From Raillietiella orientalis (Eukaryota), in the NCBI GenBank assembly GCA_036172245.1, contig JAYWIR010000044.1, positions 496,001-560,000 of the forward strand: a stretch of DNA of 64,000 nt, read 5' to 3'. The notes beneath the pieces were generated by a model. The model ran no database searches. It saw only the letters and a list, made by a program, of their open reading frames with translations, and was not told the origin of the DNA. Positions 11,611-24,829 of this stretch are shown one piece after another. A program made the position numbers and the translations under genes. Each line of letters begins with the position of its first letter. Positions within the stretch are counted from its first letter, which is position 1.

Positions 11611-13560
11611 TCACCCGGGTGCGCCGGGGCGTTTATTAAAAACTATCCGGGAACAGAGTGCCTGGACAAAGGGGAAGACAAGAGACGAAGGGGGTGGGAT
11701 CCCCGACACGCAGGTCGGTATGCCGAAAGTCCGGAACGGGAGGGAGGGGACCACAAATACACTACTATAGAAAAATAAAAAGAAAAATATGGAGGGCAGG
11801 GGACAGGGGTCTTTGGTTCGGCCGTTCCTTCCTTTCAGAACCGGCGATGGATGCCGGCGATCTCTCTCCTTACGCCCTGTGGCAGATGGGCCCACTCGGC
11901 AGCCGACGACATGTTCGCGCTGGCTAATCCGGTGGGCTGACGAACGATGGCCAGCTTCTCCAACTCTCGGTGGGCCTTGTCGATGGCGCTGGTGCAACAG
12001 ACCGTTGCAACGACAGCACCTAAAGACAGGCCGCCTGGTGTGAAGAAGCGGCGCATCAAGTCCCTCGCGGTGTCTCCCTGGTGCAGGAGAGCTGAGGCCA
12101 GCCTCCGCCAAAGTCCTTGGAGGGCACCGCAGTCCAGGAGCAGGTGCGGGAGCGTTTCCACTTCCCCGCACCGCTTACAGTTTGGGGAGACAACTCCCCC
12201 GGAAACACGGTTCGCCCGCTGGTTGGAGTGAAAACCCCAATGCACCAGCAAGATGACGTCCTGCTTCCAAGAAAGGGGGAACACAGAAGTGTTCAAACAG
12301 GTGGGAGGGACCACAAGTTCTTCGAAGGGCACACTTAAGTGTTTACTCCACCGAAGTTCCTTCGGAACGTGGCGAGGCGTGGAGGCGTCTGCCAGCTCGC
12401 AAGTCCTCCAGCCGCCTATGGGTCGTGTTGCTCCTGCGATGGTGCAGGCGACCTCCCATCTCGCCGGTTGGCAGCTGTCATCTCTTGCCCTGAGGGCTGA
12501 CAGCGCGTCGGCGAGGGGCGTGACGGCCAGGCGAGTCCACTTCTCCTGGCTGTTGCAGACCTCATCCACCGTACAGGTGGATGAGGTGCAGCAGCAGAAG
12601 CTCCGACTCCTGCCGCTTGAAAGGAAGGGTGCAGTTCTTCAGGTGCTCTGGGAGGCACCCGGGCTATTCATGGGGATCTCAGTAGCTCATTCCAGCTTAC
12701 AAGTCCCTCTGGTAGGAGACTTGGGATCGCAGCATCCATCGGCTGATCCGTGGTCGTGGTCGAATCATCTAGCGTACTGCGCCTGGAGATGATTTCACAG
12801 CAGAAGGCTTCTCATCTCGCTGGTACGTTGCTGTCAATTTGCTCCTTCAGGCTGGGTAGCGCCGCTGCAAGGGAAGTTCTCTCCGTCCACGCACACTTGG
12901 TGGGACGCACGATGATCTCCATCTCCTGGAGCGAGTTTTCGGGAGTTCCCCTTGAAGAACTACTATTCGTCAATTTGCGTTTGCACACTCCCAAGTTCCC
13001 TTTGATGTTCATGCACGAGATGGCGCTGTTTTTTTCACTTCCAGTGCAACAACCAGTGTAGGCGCTTGCTGTCCGTAGGAGCCAAGACCCCAGTCCGTTT
13101 GAGATGCGAGGCGATTGAATTGTTCTAGCATCTGCTTTTGGACTGAGATGTTCCTGAAAACCGAGAGGGAGCGCGTCTGCAACACTTTTGCGTCCGGAGA
13201 TCACCAAGGACTCGCTGCAGCGAACTTACAGCAGGTGCCACGATTGCAACCATCATCACCACCCGCCATGAGTTGGAGTGTCGCGATAACCACACTATAG
13301 CAACGATCCTGATGAAGTAAGAGTGGCGGAGGCAGCGAAAGAACGTCGCCCGCATGGCAGCCGCCAACATGAAATGGATGGCGATTTGCCTTCATCTCGA
13401 AGAAATACAGTCAGAGATAGCCGGCATTCTGTACTAAGCAAGAAGTATAGGACGCTTTCAGAGACTCCTGTCGTAACTTCCCCTGGATTTATGAATTTAC
13501 TACCCTAATTCCTTCCGCTTTGGACTTCTCCTGTAAAATAGGTGATTGTCCAGCTGGGTT
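11611..13560 (-). mobile_element. L1/Tx1-type LINE, 5'-truncated, ORF2 C-terminal part
   Basis: ORF 11835-12569 has the zf-RVT/CCHC motif CKRCGEVETLPHLLLDC; decayed RT thumb upstream (SPRISNGLG); ends AATAAACGCCCCGGCGCACCCGGGTGA. Confidence 0.75.
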
Positions 13561-13744
13561 CGGCTGCGCTTGGTGGACTTCACACTCGAGGTAGAATTCT
13601 CCTGTTTGCAACTTTCCTCCTTGCTGTGTTCCAGGTGCTCGTAGATGTCAGTTTCTGGTAACCAATACAAGTAGAAAGTTCACTGATCTTTCACTGAAAA
13701 TTGAACGTATTATTTTTTGCTGGGAATTAGAATGCATTTAGATA

Positions 13745-15100
13745 ATTTACCAAGACATGAAACGGCAAGTTTCACTTGCAGGAACGGTCCACGGTGTGGA
13801 ACGCGTTTACGATCTCCCTCCTTCGCCCCCTACTTTTTGTTTGTTCTGTCCCATCCAATGTCAGGAAACGAACCGAGGATCTCCTAAGGAAAGCCGTTTG
13901 GGGCACAGGGAGGTCCAGTGTTTGATTAAAGGACTTGAGTGCTCCGTATAAGGATGGTGGACTGGGCCTCCTTACGCTAGAGGCGATGGAACAACAGCTC
14001 CAATTCAGAACACTTGCCCTTGCCCTTGCGTTTTGGACCACACCTTGGAGCGCACCTGCACGCACCCTCACCAGGAGAGCGACCGGCTGTGAAGGACTGA
14101 CCTCGCCCCTCGTGGCCAACAACACCAGCCTGAGGCATTGTGGCCATCAACTGTGCCGGATGGTTGCCCTGGTGCAGAGCACCTGCATCTCCTACCTCTG
14201 CGCGAACTCCACTACCTGGCTTCAGAAATCAGTATCATCATGGCGAAAGATCACGGCTCGAGCGATGAGGAGTACTCCTGCCTCCGGAGAGGAACGTACG
14301 CTCGACAGCCCCTGCGGGAGATCATGTCCAACCCACGAAAATTGCTGTGGGCTTTGTTCATTCCCCTTGTCCCAGTGCTGCCCTCCCTTTAAAACGCTAG
14401 GGACAACGACCCCTCGGCAAGATGGGAAGTGTTCTGTCGTATCTAAGGCAGGAAAATCTTTTAAGGGCGTGGACAACTCGGCAGCCAGCGGAGCCTCCGA
14501 CCCCGAGTGTCGCGCCGAAAGGACTTGTAGGCTGGGGAGAGCTGCTCACGATGTCTCCGGAGGAGGTGAAATGGCTCCCAACGTGTTGGGACAGTGGCAC
14601 CCTCTCCCTGAAGTGGCCAGAGGTGGCGTTGCTGGTGTTGCATCGGGGAATCCCATGCGAAGGACGCCTCCATCATTGAACACTTGGGAGTGTGGATGCC
14701 AATCGCGAAAGTTGCGGAAAGACACCTTCCCGCGCTTATTTATAGACTGTTTGGCCCTCCGAGCCCTTTGAGATCGACTCTCCTTGATCCTAAAAATCCC
14801 TGTAGGCGACCCTAAGAACATTCCCCAGAGCGTCTTCATGCGTGATGCCCTGCCGCCAGCCGTATCTCTGCTGTGTGTCCGGAATTGTGGCAAACTGGAA
14901 CTCCAGAAGAAGGGATCACAACAGCAGGGATTTCATACAATGGACGGGAATCTTCTTAGGGATTGTATCCCGATGACATGCCAGGGGCAAAAAAAAAAAA
15001 CAGGAGGATGAGGTCGCATGCAGGTCAGCATGAGGATGCAGAGGACGTCTCCAGGCAAACAATGATCCCTTTCCCGCCCCCCTTTCTCATCCCGTACCGC
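13745..15100 (+). mobile_element. L1/Tx1-type LINE ORF2 remnant (subfamily B)
   Basis: FHLQERSTVWNAF...KAVWG...LSAPYKDGGLGL (L1-type thumb) and LLVLHRGIPC; homologous to 58014-58797. Confidence 0.7.
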
Positions 15101-15114
15101 ATCACTATCCATCA

Positions 15115-18100
15115 TCAGGCGCTAAGGTTCCACTGGAAGAGGATTTTCTCTTCTGGCGGAGCAAAATTTATCTGCACGATACCAAGATCCGTGCTCAGCT
15201 TCACGGTAGGAAGTCAGCGCAAAGCAGGAATGCCAGAAGGGCCTTCGAGAGGCCTCAATCGGAGAGAGCGTGCGCGTGAAGACGGCCACGAGCGACAAAA
15301 GCGGATTAGGGATCACGTGCGAAACCACCCTCGCTTCGCACGTGCGCCCACTCAAGCAGCACGCGAGAGAACGCGGAGACTGCAGCCTGCACCACCTTCC
15401 ATTTTATTCTCAATGCTTCCGGTTACCTCCCTGTTCTCCTTCGACACGGCACGTGGAGCAAGAGGAAGCAGCGCCGGTCGAAGAGCGCATCCTTCCCGAG
15501 AACATAGCCGAAAGCAACTTCACAGCTTCTTACCTTCGCGATCTGGTCAGCCCTGCGCATCTCCCGCCTCCGGTTTCGTCACCCGTCACTCACTTTCGCC
15601 AAGGATTCGGTCCTCATCCAGCATCCCGTCATGCGAGGGCACGGTGCTCGGAAGAAAGCCGTGCGATGCGGGCCGCGTGAGTCAGCCAAGGTCGTCCACC
15701 GGGGCGCAAAGCTCCACTTGCGCTTCGACGTCTTGCAGGGTCCGAACAACAGGCGCGCGCTTCCCATGGAGAAGAAGCACCAGAAGTGGATTACCCACGT
15801 CAGAAGAACCTCGGCAAGGACCATTCCCTCGACGACGGTTCGTCTGGAGGGTTCACTTGAAATGGATTCAATCGAACTTGAGACACACGGCGACGCAAAG
15901 TGACCCCAAGCGCGAGAAACGCCTCCGCGATGCCTTTTTTGGCACCATGCATTTCACGGAGCACGCGAGACTCGCATTCGATTTCCGGGTGCAAGGAAAA
16001 ACTTCCGCTGCGAGGTCAGCAGATGGTCTGTCCGCGAGGTCGCTGCACCGCAGCTGCCGATCCTTCGGCATTTCCTTCGAAAGAAGAGCCAACTTCTTCC
16101 GCGGAGCGCACGTGCGACCGGGAAAGCCGTGCGCTTTCCCAACCAGCTGCATCCGGACCAAAGTCGGCATTCAGCTCGTGGTATCCTTGGGGATGCCGTT
16201 TTCGGAGGAATTTTGGTAGCGCCTTGCCATCCCTCGTGGCACCGAGCAGCAGCGTGCGTTGCATGTCTTGCGCTCTGCTGCCTCCCGGAGTCAGGAAGAG
16301 GAGTCGGATCTGCAAAGCCATTTCCGAGAAACCTATCGTCCCGAGTGCGACGTCGAGACAGCACGCCATGCTGTCGCACGTGTGCCGGTGACAGGAAAGA
16401 AGGGCGCAGGCAGGAGAGATTCGTCAGGTTTCCCCGGAAACCGCGGATTCGGCAGTGTCGTGGGACAACGCGGATCTCGGACGGATTCAGGAGCGCAGCA
16501 GATCCGCCGCCAAGGGACACCAGCCTCCGCTGTTCGCTCTTCCCGCACAGACGAGTCGTCGAGATGCGTGCCAAGCAACGCGCCGCGACGGAAACTCCGA
16601 TGCCACCTGCAAGCGATGGAAACGCGCGCGTTCAGCATCATCTAGCGGCGGAGCTCGTGAACTCAAGCGGTGGCACCGTCGGGCGGTTCGATTGCACTTA
16701 GCAGATGGCACCGCACGTTCCGGAAGAGGAACTCGAGATGCAGACGAGTAGCAACCAATTCCTTTGCTAGCAGATGCCCATCTCCCGTTACGAGGGATGC
16801 TGCGAGTTCAAACCGTGTCAGAAGAGTGTCAGCTCCCCTTTGCCTCCGGATAGACTCGAAACTCATTTCAAACTGTGGTGTTTCGGCGGTGTTTCTTCCA
16901 TGTCCGGTTTGATTAAGGACAATAGCACAGGGAGAGATTCGCCGCACGGGAGTGGAATGCGGGCTTCCAGGTGAGGAAAAGGCCGCCGAGCTGGTGGCTG
17001 CTCTGCAGCCTCGACGGCGCCACCCACACGCAGCGGAGCTTCTGCAGCCGTAGCGAAGAAGAAGAAACTCCCGTTGCCTACGCACGCGGTTTCTTTCAGT
17101 GCGAGAGGAATTTCGCGCTTCGAGCGTTGCCACGAGGAAACCAAGGTGTAACGAACGCTCGAAGATCGGAACGCACAGTGGTGCGCGCAACTCAAAACGG
17201 TCCCTGATTGCGTTTACTTGGGACAGTCTGCACGGGCGTTGAAACGGGAGGACAATTTCCACGGGAGACGCGTGCAGGTTTGCATGAGCTAATCAGTAGG
17301 TAAGCAGCCTGCAGGTGTCTCCGCAACCGGGGAGGGTGCACTCTTCTGCGGAAGGCGTGCATGAAGGAGTGCATCGGACATCTTAAGGATCGACATTCTG
17401 CTTATCCAGCTGGCAGTTCCCTGTCCCCTGGAAGGGGTCTCGCAGTTCTTGTGAAAGTGAGGAGACCGCGTGCAAAAGTGTCGTCGTTCCCTGCCCACGG
17501 GTGATGTTTCGGCGACCTGGGGGTACTCGTTAGTCGGCTGTGCATTGCCGTCGACTCCTCTAGATGTCGCAGCGATCGGAGATTGGAGGAGATCGCTGAC
17601 TTTGGTTGCCTTCTGGTTGCCGTGGGCACCAAGCATAGCAACACGGTTGATTGGGCTCTTAGACGTTGCTCCCTTGAAACATGGAAGAAGCATCGTTCGA
17701 GAGGCGCGGAATGCTCAGAAATCCCTGCGAACGTCGTCCGGCTTGCAGTTTTGGCTGCTCGTCTGGGAACGCAGTCTCATCGGTCGTGCGATGGGACGAT
17801 TTTTGGAAGTGATTCCGTAACCTACTGTGGAAGGAAAAGATGCTGAAGCGACTCGGAATGCTGCCTTCCGCACCATGTGAGCCCTTCAGTGGTTCAACAA
17901 GAAGGGCAGGTGCCCCAGCTCTTTTGTAATTTCCGAAGGGGCCACGCTTGGTGAGCAAATGATCCACGCAAGAGCTCGCTTTCTCAGGGCAAAGCACTTG
18001 GCGCCAGCATCGAACTCCCTTCTTGTACGCACAGAAGTGCATTCAACTGGTTTGGGCACCATCCAAAATCATCCTCCCATCTTCCTCAGCAGGATCCTTG

Positions 18101-18293
18101 GCCCGTGAAATTTGCTTTCCGTGCACTTTGATCGCTGTTTATTGTGGTGAGGTCAAATCGAAAGATTTCTTTCTCGTCATGGGTCGGGTTTTCCTTGTGC
18201 CGTTCTCACAGTTCTGAGGAATCCACGGAGGTCTGGGATTGTGCGGCAGAAATTCCACATCGTCACTGATGAAGCATCGCCGCGCAGAATCGC
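15115..18293. repeat. Left arm of a 3.18-kb near-perfect inverted repeat
   Basis: Reverse complement of 25947-29126. The mirrored ORF sets are identical apart from about eight visible substitutions or indels. Confidence 0.97.
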
Positions 18294-18305
18294 GTCCTCC
18301 ATCAC

Positions 18306-18911
18306 TTATTTTGAGCTTGCAAAGCACTTCGTAGATGTCCCTGACAGGTCCAAGGGCTGTTCGGATGTCACCCCAGTTGCGGATCGAGCAGTCTGTGCTG
18401 ACTTCGGCAATTCGGGACTTTGCTGGCTCGCACCAGAGATGTGTGCGGGCTGCTCTTCACAGGGAGCGCCTTCTTCACTTGCCTGGGGAGCACACTGAAC
18501 TTTTGCATGAATCTTCTTGTGTGTGACTAGACCGTTTTTCGTTGCAAAGACCTCCGTGCAACCAGGAGAGTCGCACGGAAAGTGAAGAAAGACTTCCTTC
18601 AACTGGGTGTAGGCAAAAGCGTTTGGTTCTGCCTGGCACAACTGCTGGTGGTGGCTCTCTAGCGAAATGCTCAAATGGCAAAAACGGCACACGAAGATTG
18701 CCTGGACATTCTCAATCCTATGGGAGTTTCGCATGTGCTTTTTCATGTCCTGAATGCGCTGGGTCCGATTTTTTGTGGATGTTACGTAACCGCATTCAGG
18801 GAAATGGCAAAGCAAAATCGGATGCACTGGGAACATAAAAATCACATGATTATATTGAAGGTGGACCCGCTCAGCAGTGACAGACACAGCACCCCTTCCT
18901 TCAGTAGCCAT
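18306..18911 (-). CDS. Zinc-finger protein copy 3 (201 aa) with C-terminal PLDLS motif
   Basis: Intact ATG ORF. CHFPEC-x18-HMRNSH, CRFC...HHQQLC and a canonical C2H2 finger CDSPGC-x12-HKKIH; low-complexity linker; EQPLDLS near the C-terminus. Confidence 0.78.
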   Translation of the reverse strand: MATEGRGAVSVTAERVHLQYNHVIFMFPVHPILLCHFPECGYVTSTKNRTQRIQDMKKHMRNSHRIENVQAIFVCRFCHLSISLESHHQQLCQAEPNAFAYTQLKEVFLHFPCDSPGCTEVFATKNGLVTHKKIHAKVQCAPQASEEGAPCEEQPAHISGASQQSPELPKSAQTARSATGVTSEQPLDLSGTSTKCFASSK

Positions 18912-19430
18912 GTCAGGATTTTTACACTATGCCTACCAATCTTCTTTCAGCAGAGAAACTTTCTATCCTTGGAGGATAGCCGAAATGCCATCTGAAGATC
19001 AGACGACACCCGAAGACAATGGACCTCAACCCGGGGTTTCAGCACGAAGACCTAGTTGGGCTCAGCAGAACAAATACCGCAGCACCTCTGTGGGCATTCC
19101 ATTCACCGACTGCGCTTTCGAGTTGTTGAATTCGCTTCGGGCAGAGAGGTGGCTAACTGGCGGCAAAGGCACTTCCTTCTCTTCGGGGAACCCGCCGTCT
19201 GAGCTCCGCGTTGGTTTTAGGCTGCACCTTTTGGAGTGTGGGTCCTTCTAAATCCAAATCAACCGAGAACTCAGCTCGTGCTTCTTTTCGCATGTGTTGG
19301 GGCTTGTAGGAAGAGACTTCCAGCCTGAAGTCTTCAACCTCTGTCAGGGTTTGCGAGGGTGGCAGGCGGACTACCAAATGTTAGGTGTCTGTGTTTGTGG
19401 TAGCGACCGGGAGCGCTCTCTATCGATGCA
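18912..19430 (-). promoter_or_regulatory. Conserved ~500-bp leader/promoter region of ZF copy 3
   Basis: Aligns with 8430-9045, 24830-25334 and 3400-3908; ends at a DRE-like CATCGATA (19421-19428). Confidence 0.45.
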
Positions 19431-19439
19431 CAAAAAATG

Positions 19440-20110
19440 TTAGGATAATGACATTCACAGGCATTTCGTGTATGGGGGAGGAATGGACTGAGTATGAAAT
19501 TCGGAGGCCCTCACAAACGATGGAGATCATACACTGGAGCTCTCATTGCGAAAAACTCGAGGACACACAAGCAAAGGTGTTGTAGGAAGAAATAAAAACG
19601 TGGATGCACCATTGGGGGCACACAGGAAACAACAACGTTGGGAAAAAGGGTAGATAAGAAGAACAAACAAGTGGTGTAGTGAGAAAGATGCTTACAAAAT
19701 TGATACTCAGAAAGCCGGCATTTTTGGTCACACTCTCCAAGATGTAACGAGGAAAGAAATTATTCATTTGAAGGACGAGCTGGTATCCTTGTAATCACGA
19801 AGACTTCAGCATGAAGAATCAATCATGTAGTCGGTTCAAAAGCGAAGAGTTCTCCTTTTTCTAGAGCTCTAGGTAAAACAAGACACGAATTCCCATCTTA
19901 GACTGTTCTGAACTGGACACCAAAATGCACCTACTGAGTCACGTGTTGGATTCATCAGAAAGATCTCCATGGGAGGAGATGGAGGTGATTCTATAAAAAG
20001 AACGGCTTGTTTCCAAGATACAGCAGTATGCCCTAAAGGCCTATCGTCTCAAATAGGAAATCGATTATAACGAGGACAAGAAAGCTAACGGACAGCTCAG
20101 TCACAAGTGC
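19440..20110 (+). mobile_element. Possible decayed Gypsy integrase C-terminal fragment
   Basis: Weak remnants RPSQTME (YHPQTNG-like), LNWTPKCTY (P.W.GPY-like) and YALKAYR. Confidence 0.3.
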
Positions 20111-20499
20111 GAAGCTAAAAGGAGTTGAGCGAAAAAAGAACCACCCCTTCGAAGACGCAGCAGAGACACAAAGCAAATGTATCCGGGTTCTCTTCCGGGA
20201 ATGAGAAGTAAAAGAGATTATTGAGATGGAGGTGGGAGGATAGACGATTCAGAAAATTGAATGCACGTAAGCGCACAATGCTCATAAGAAAGAAACACCC
20301 GTTAACATGGGATGATTTCGCTGCCTGAGTGCGCTTCTGCCTCTCGCAGCTGCTGTCAGAAGCCATCGAGGAGATTCAGAGTTCCCGGTTTTCAGTGCTG
20401 AATCCCTGCTTCCCATGAATCATCATTTACTTTTTCATTTGATGTTTCCACACCGACCGCCTTCGTTCCCTTCAGTCTTCGAGTCTTTGGTGCCTAAAG

Positions 20500-23400
20500 G
20501 ATCGGATGCGAGCAAAGGAAACAAAATGGCGCGTGCCCATTCTCGAGTCGGACTTCAGGAGAGCGCCTCCTTCCCTACGGCCACCCGAACTCTCCCTCCT
20601 CCTTCCACAGACAACTGCATGAGCCTTCCCAGACTTCGCCCATGATCTTCAGATTTCTGTCTTCAGCATTGAAAACTCCTACGGCAGCAACGGTTCTGAA
20701 GCACGCGGAAACTCATGCACGCAGCACAGCTCTTGTGCAATCCTTGGTGTTTCATCTTTACCGAGAGCTGCTGCCTGCGTACGCAGGTGTACCAGGATCC
20801 ATCAGACCAAATGCGCGAGAAAGTACCTTCGGGAACGCAGAACGTGAGCATTCAGTCGAGGCCTGCAAAACCACGAAGTCTTGTGCGAAGATGATGGAAT
20901 TTCATCTACCTTCTCGAGTGTGGCTGAAAGAGGAATAGCGGGAAAGCGTTCAGGAACCCACGTTGCGAGGAGCCCGACAGATGAGACGAGTCGACGGTGG
21001 CAACCGTGTAACCGTGTGCTAGAGCACCTGTTTCACCCCATAGTGACCCCGGTCCCAAGAACGCGGGATGCGCTTTCGAAACCTATCGGATGCCCCAGGG
21101 TGAAATGTCCGTTCTTTGCTTGACAAATTGCACCGGGTGCTGCATGCTTGCTGCAGATACACCACTCAGTGTATAGCAGAATCTCCTCCTCGCAGGTGAT
21201 ATGGAATGGGAAGCGTGGACGATATTTCCTCTCTCTTGCAAGAAATCTTTTCCTCTAGACTGCAGCCAGAAGCGAACCGAAGAATTCACAGCTCCTCCAC
21301 AAAGGGAAGCAGTGTGGTCGAGGATGTCCATCCGGAATGAGAATCCTGTTGGAGGTTTGACATCAAGAAGTTCATCCCGCCGACCGGGAGGGCCGCTCAT
21401 CCGACGCCCACCAGTTGCACACGTTCCAAAGCAGCAGCAGCCTCCGAATCAGAGGCTGCTGGAAGATTGGCACCCCGCGCGAGTCGAGGTGGGCACACCG
21501 AGGTTTGTTGCAACGAACGTGAAGGTCTGCCATTCGCACCCCTGCATCGAGCGTGGATGTGCAGCTCCTGCAGTCGTGTCTTCTCCGATCGGTTCGAAGA
21601 TGCAACCACTTCTGGTGCTGTCACGGATCTGGTAGGCACGAATTTCTCACAGGCGGTCCATCGGTGGATGGTGCACGCGACGGAACGGCGGCGCGAAAAG
21701 GGCGTGAAAGTTTGGACTGCTCTTTGTGCTTCTGCTCTTGTCGGCTTCCACCCTCCCGTGATCCAGCACTGCAGGATTGCAACGGGTGGACACCTCGTTC
21801 GCAGTCGGCGAATAGGGGATAGAAGACTCCAGAGGCAGAAGAGGAATTAAGACAACGCAAGTCCTGTGAGGACGCAGCGATGCAACGCAAGATACCTCGA
21901 GGGCGCGTAATACCTGGCCGGAGGAGCATCAGTCTGGACTTCCGAAGAAGGTGGGTCGGGCATTGCATGTCGGGGCGCACGTGAGAGGAAACGAATTCGG
22001 AACTACGAGCGATCCAGCGGAAGCAAACATGTCTTGAATTCAAGAAAGGTTGCCGGGAACGGAAGAAGCCCATGTGTGGGGATAGATGGTTGAAGGTTGC
22101 ATTTGTCTATATGGAGAAGATTGACGTGCCGAGTATGAGAGAGAAGCGTCCATGGAGAACGATGTGGATGGAATTCCAGCAAGTTGGCCATGTGGATGCG
22201 TATCTTCAGCAAACTTGAGTTTTGCTCAGCGAAGGTGAGCCTCCCATCGAAAGGCGGATACTGGAACCACCTAAACAACTGGCTGGAGAAGAATGCGGCA
22301 AAGAATTGAAAGTGCTGAAAAGGATACCAACATCTTCGTGGCTCCGATGCACCCTCGACAGCGCCATCCTGACGTAAGGGGGTTTCTGTAACGGTCTCGA
22401 AAAATAGGAACTCCCAAAGCTTACATACGTGGTTTGTTGCAGCATAAGCGGAATTTGACGCTTCGGGCGTTGCCAAGGGGAAATCGTGTTCGCCATGGTG
22501 CACGTAACTCAACTGTTCCTGTTCGATTTGCGTTGGGACACTCTGCGCGCGCTATGAAACGTCAGGAAAATTTCGGGAGATGATGTGGAAGTAGTCATGA
22601 GCTAATCTTCAGGGAAGAACTAGGTGTTTTCGCAACCGATGAGGATGCACTCGTCTGTTGGTCATGCCGCGGGCGGCAGAATCTCCACTTGATGGAGAAA
22701 CTCTCAAGAAGTCCATGCAGTTAAAAATTGTTCGGCTACTTCTTTTCTACTGTCTCCTATAATGTCTGTAGTTTGCAAGGAGAAAGAGTGTAAAGTTCTG
22801 TGATGTGGTCCTAGAAGCCGGTGCTCTCAGTGCAGCATGCCAAGCAGATGCCATAAGTTCGTTGTTTTTCACGAAGATGCGTGTGAACGAAGTTCTCGGG
22901 AATTCCGATGCACTGCTGACAGATTCTACCATTCCGCGTGGTAGAGCCCACCGTACACGAAGAGAGGGTCGCACTGTGCGTGATGGGTTTCCTACTTGCC
23001 ACGATGTCTGTTTCATTTTCAGGAATCGAGGAGTGGCCCCTTTCGGCCACTAGAGGTATTTTCAAGCCTTAAAGATGCCTCATTATGCCAAAGAATACGT
23101 GAAGCAAGCGCCGTCAGGAAAAGTGACAATGATGATGATGTCCAAAGGCCGTGGTAGTTGTCACACTTCCATTAAGAGCACCTGAGAATTGGAACTAAGT
23201 CCGTTCTTTTCGCTTGCGGCTGGACCATGGACGCTCAGTGCCGAGAACGATCCGATGGTCAGCAAGCCGTTCGTGAAGCCGTGCTTTCCATTCTCGCAGT
23301 TCACAACTGTGAAGTTGCAGACGTCCGATAGCCAAGTAATTCCGGATCGTGATCCAAATCGCTGTTCCCACCAGTGCTCCTCTACTTGTACAGTTGCGTA

Positions 23401-23500
23401 GACACCGCAACGTGTCGTCCGCGCAACAACTTTCAGTCGAGGGCGGATCCCGTAAACTTCAAGTCGATCGCAAACCTCATAGTTTTCATCCACATTTCCA
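20500..23500 (-). mobile_element. Decayed NeSL/Utopia-like RLE retrotransposon
   Basis: Minus-strand remnants in RT-to-RLE order: KNGLSSNSQ, GSTTRNGRICQQC, TISPWQR (LAPWQR) and CRSC...LHVRC. Confidence 0.55.
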
Positions 23501-23699
23501 TGGCGACTTGAAAATTAGGATAGCCCCTTAGAAATAGGACGAATAGGGGACTCGACAAAAGAGGTAGAACGCTCCTCAAAGAGCAAAGATTAGTGCTTGC
23601 TCGAAGATTGGTCGCTTTCTTACTTTGATTTCTTTGTCAAGGGAGAAAAGCTGTTATTCGCTATCTTTATTCACTTCAACCGGTAAATTGCCGTGAGGT

Positions 23700-24800
23700 T
23701 TCTGTTGAAGAAGTAGCTGACGTCCTACCTCAGTTGTTCTCCTCGAAAGCAGAGGCGCTCTTGAAGCATCTTTCCACCCCCTCACGATCTATCTTAAGAA
23801 GTAGGGGGAAACCTTCCCCATGCAGGCGCGGGTTCCATCTCTTTACTAGAATACGACGAGACTGGAAAGGGACTGCCTTCCCAGACGAGCAGCCAAGACA
23901 TAGCAAGACAGAGGACGCTGGGAAGGATTTCTGAGCATTCCGTGTCTCTAGAATGGGGATTAGGTGTTTAAGGAGGGCAGCTGCTTTCTGGCTGTCATCT
24001 CTTTGGATCTGACAGCGCTCCCAGTGGCACACACAAACCCTCGCCATACGAGGCAAACAAGGGCGGCTACCTTGCACGCTGATGCGAAGTTGCCAGAATT
24101 CCCATCAATGGAACTTTGCAAGATATTCGTTTCCCATGGAGTCGACCCCCGAGACGCAGGTGCCCTCACGAATCACAAAATGAGTGTCTTCGGTCGCAGA
24201 CGCACAGATCGTCGCCGGCCACAAGGTGCGAGTGAAAAAGACGAGGAGGCAATTCGTCTCTCTATTAGCTTCAGCCACCGCAGCCAGCCCGGCATCCCTG
24301 GGGAAAATGTTACAACCACCGTAGAGGGGTCACATCACGCATTGAATTGCATCGAAGATTGGTCCACTTTTGCAACTCAGGAGGATAGATCTGCTTCGAG
24401 ATTCGTTCATGAACGATGAAGAACGTGCTCGCGATGCAACGAATTGCTATTATAGCTTAAAAGAGGTCTGCATAAGACATTGCCTCAATTGCTAATTGTC
24501 GCAGTGTGTGGCATTCTCTCCAATACATTCAGGGATGCCTGGACCGACTCATCGGATGAAAACACACATGGTAGGCGGCACCAAAGTTGCAAATTTCCAC
24601 TCGAGTGGACAACGTTTTCGTCCACATCTACGAATGTGTAACAAGAAAAGGTCATCTTGGAGATCAACGTGCATGCTGACCATTTCTGTCTTTTTGATAA
24701 ATCCTTGACCAACCAACGAGCTCTTGTATACGTTCGAACTCATTGGTGGACCCACCAAGTTCGAGATTTTATACTTAGTTCGTTCCTGCGCCATACGCCA
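23700..24800 (+). mobile_element. Decayed RLE retrotransposon RT fragment
   Basis: GRISEHSVSLE followed by LAVISLDLT; 23871-23952 is homologous to 26465-26545. Confidence 0.55.
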
Positions 24801-24829
24801 AATGACCTTTGATGATCCTCACCTTCTTC

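Noticed and set aside
14963..16219. Longest ORF in the window (418 aa)
   Set aside because: Arg/Ser-rich with no domain, crosses the repeat boundary, and is broken by an indel in the mirror arm; a chance GC-rich ORF.
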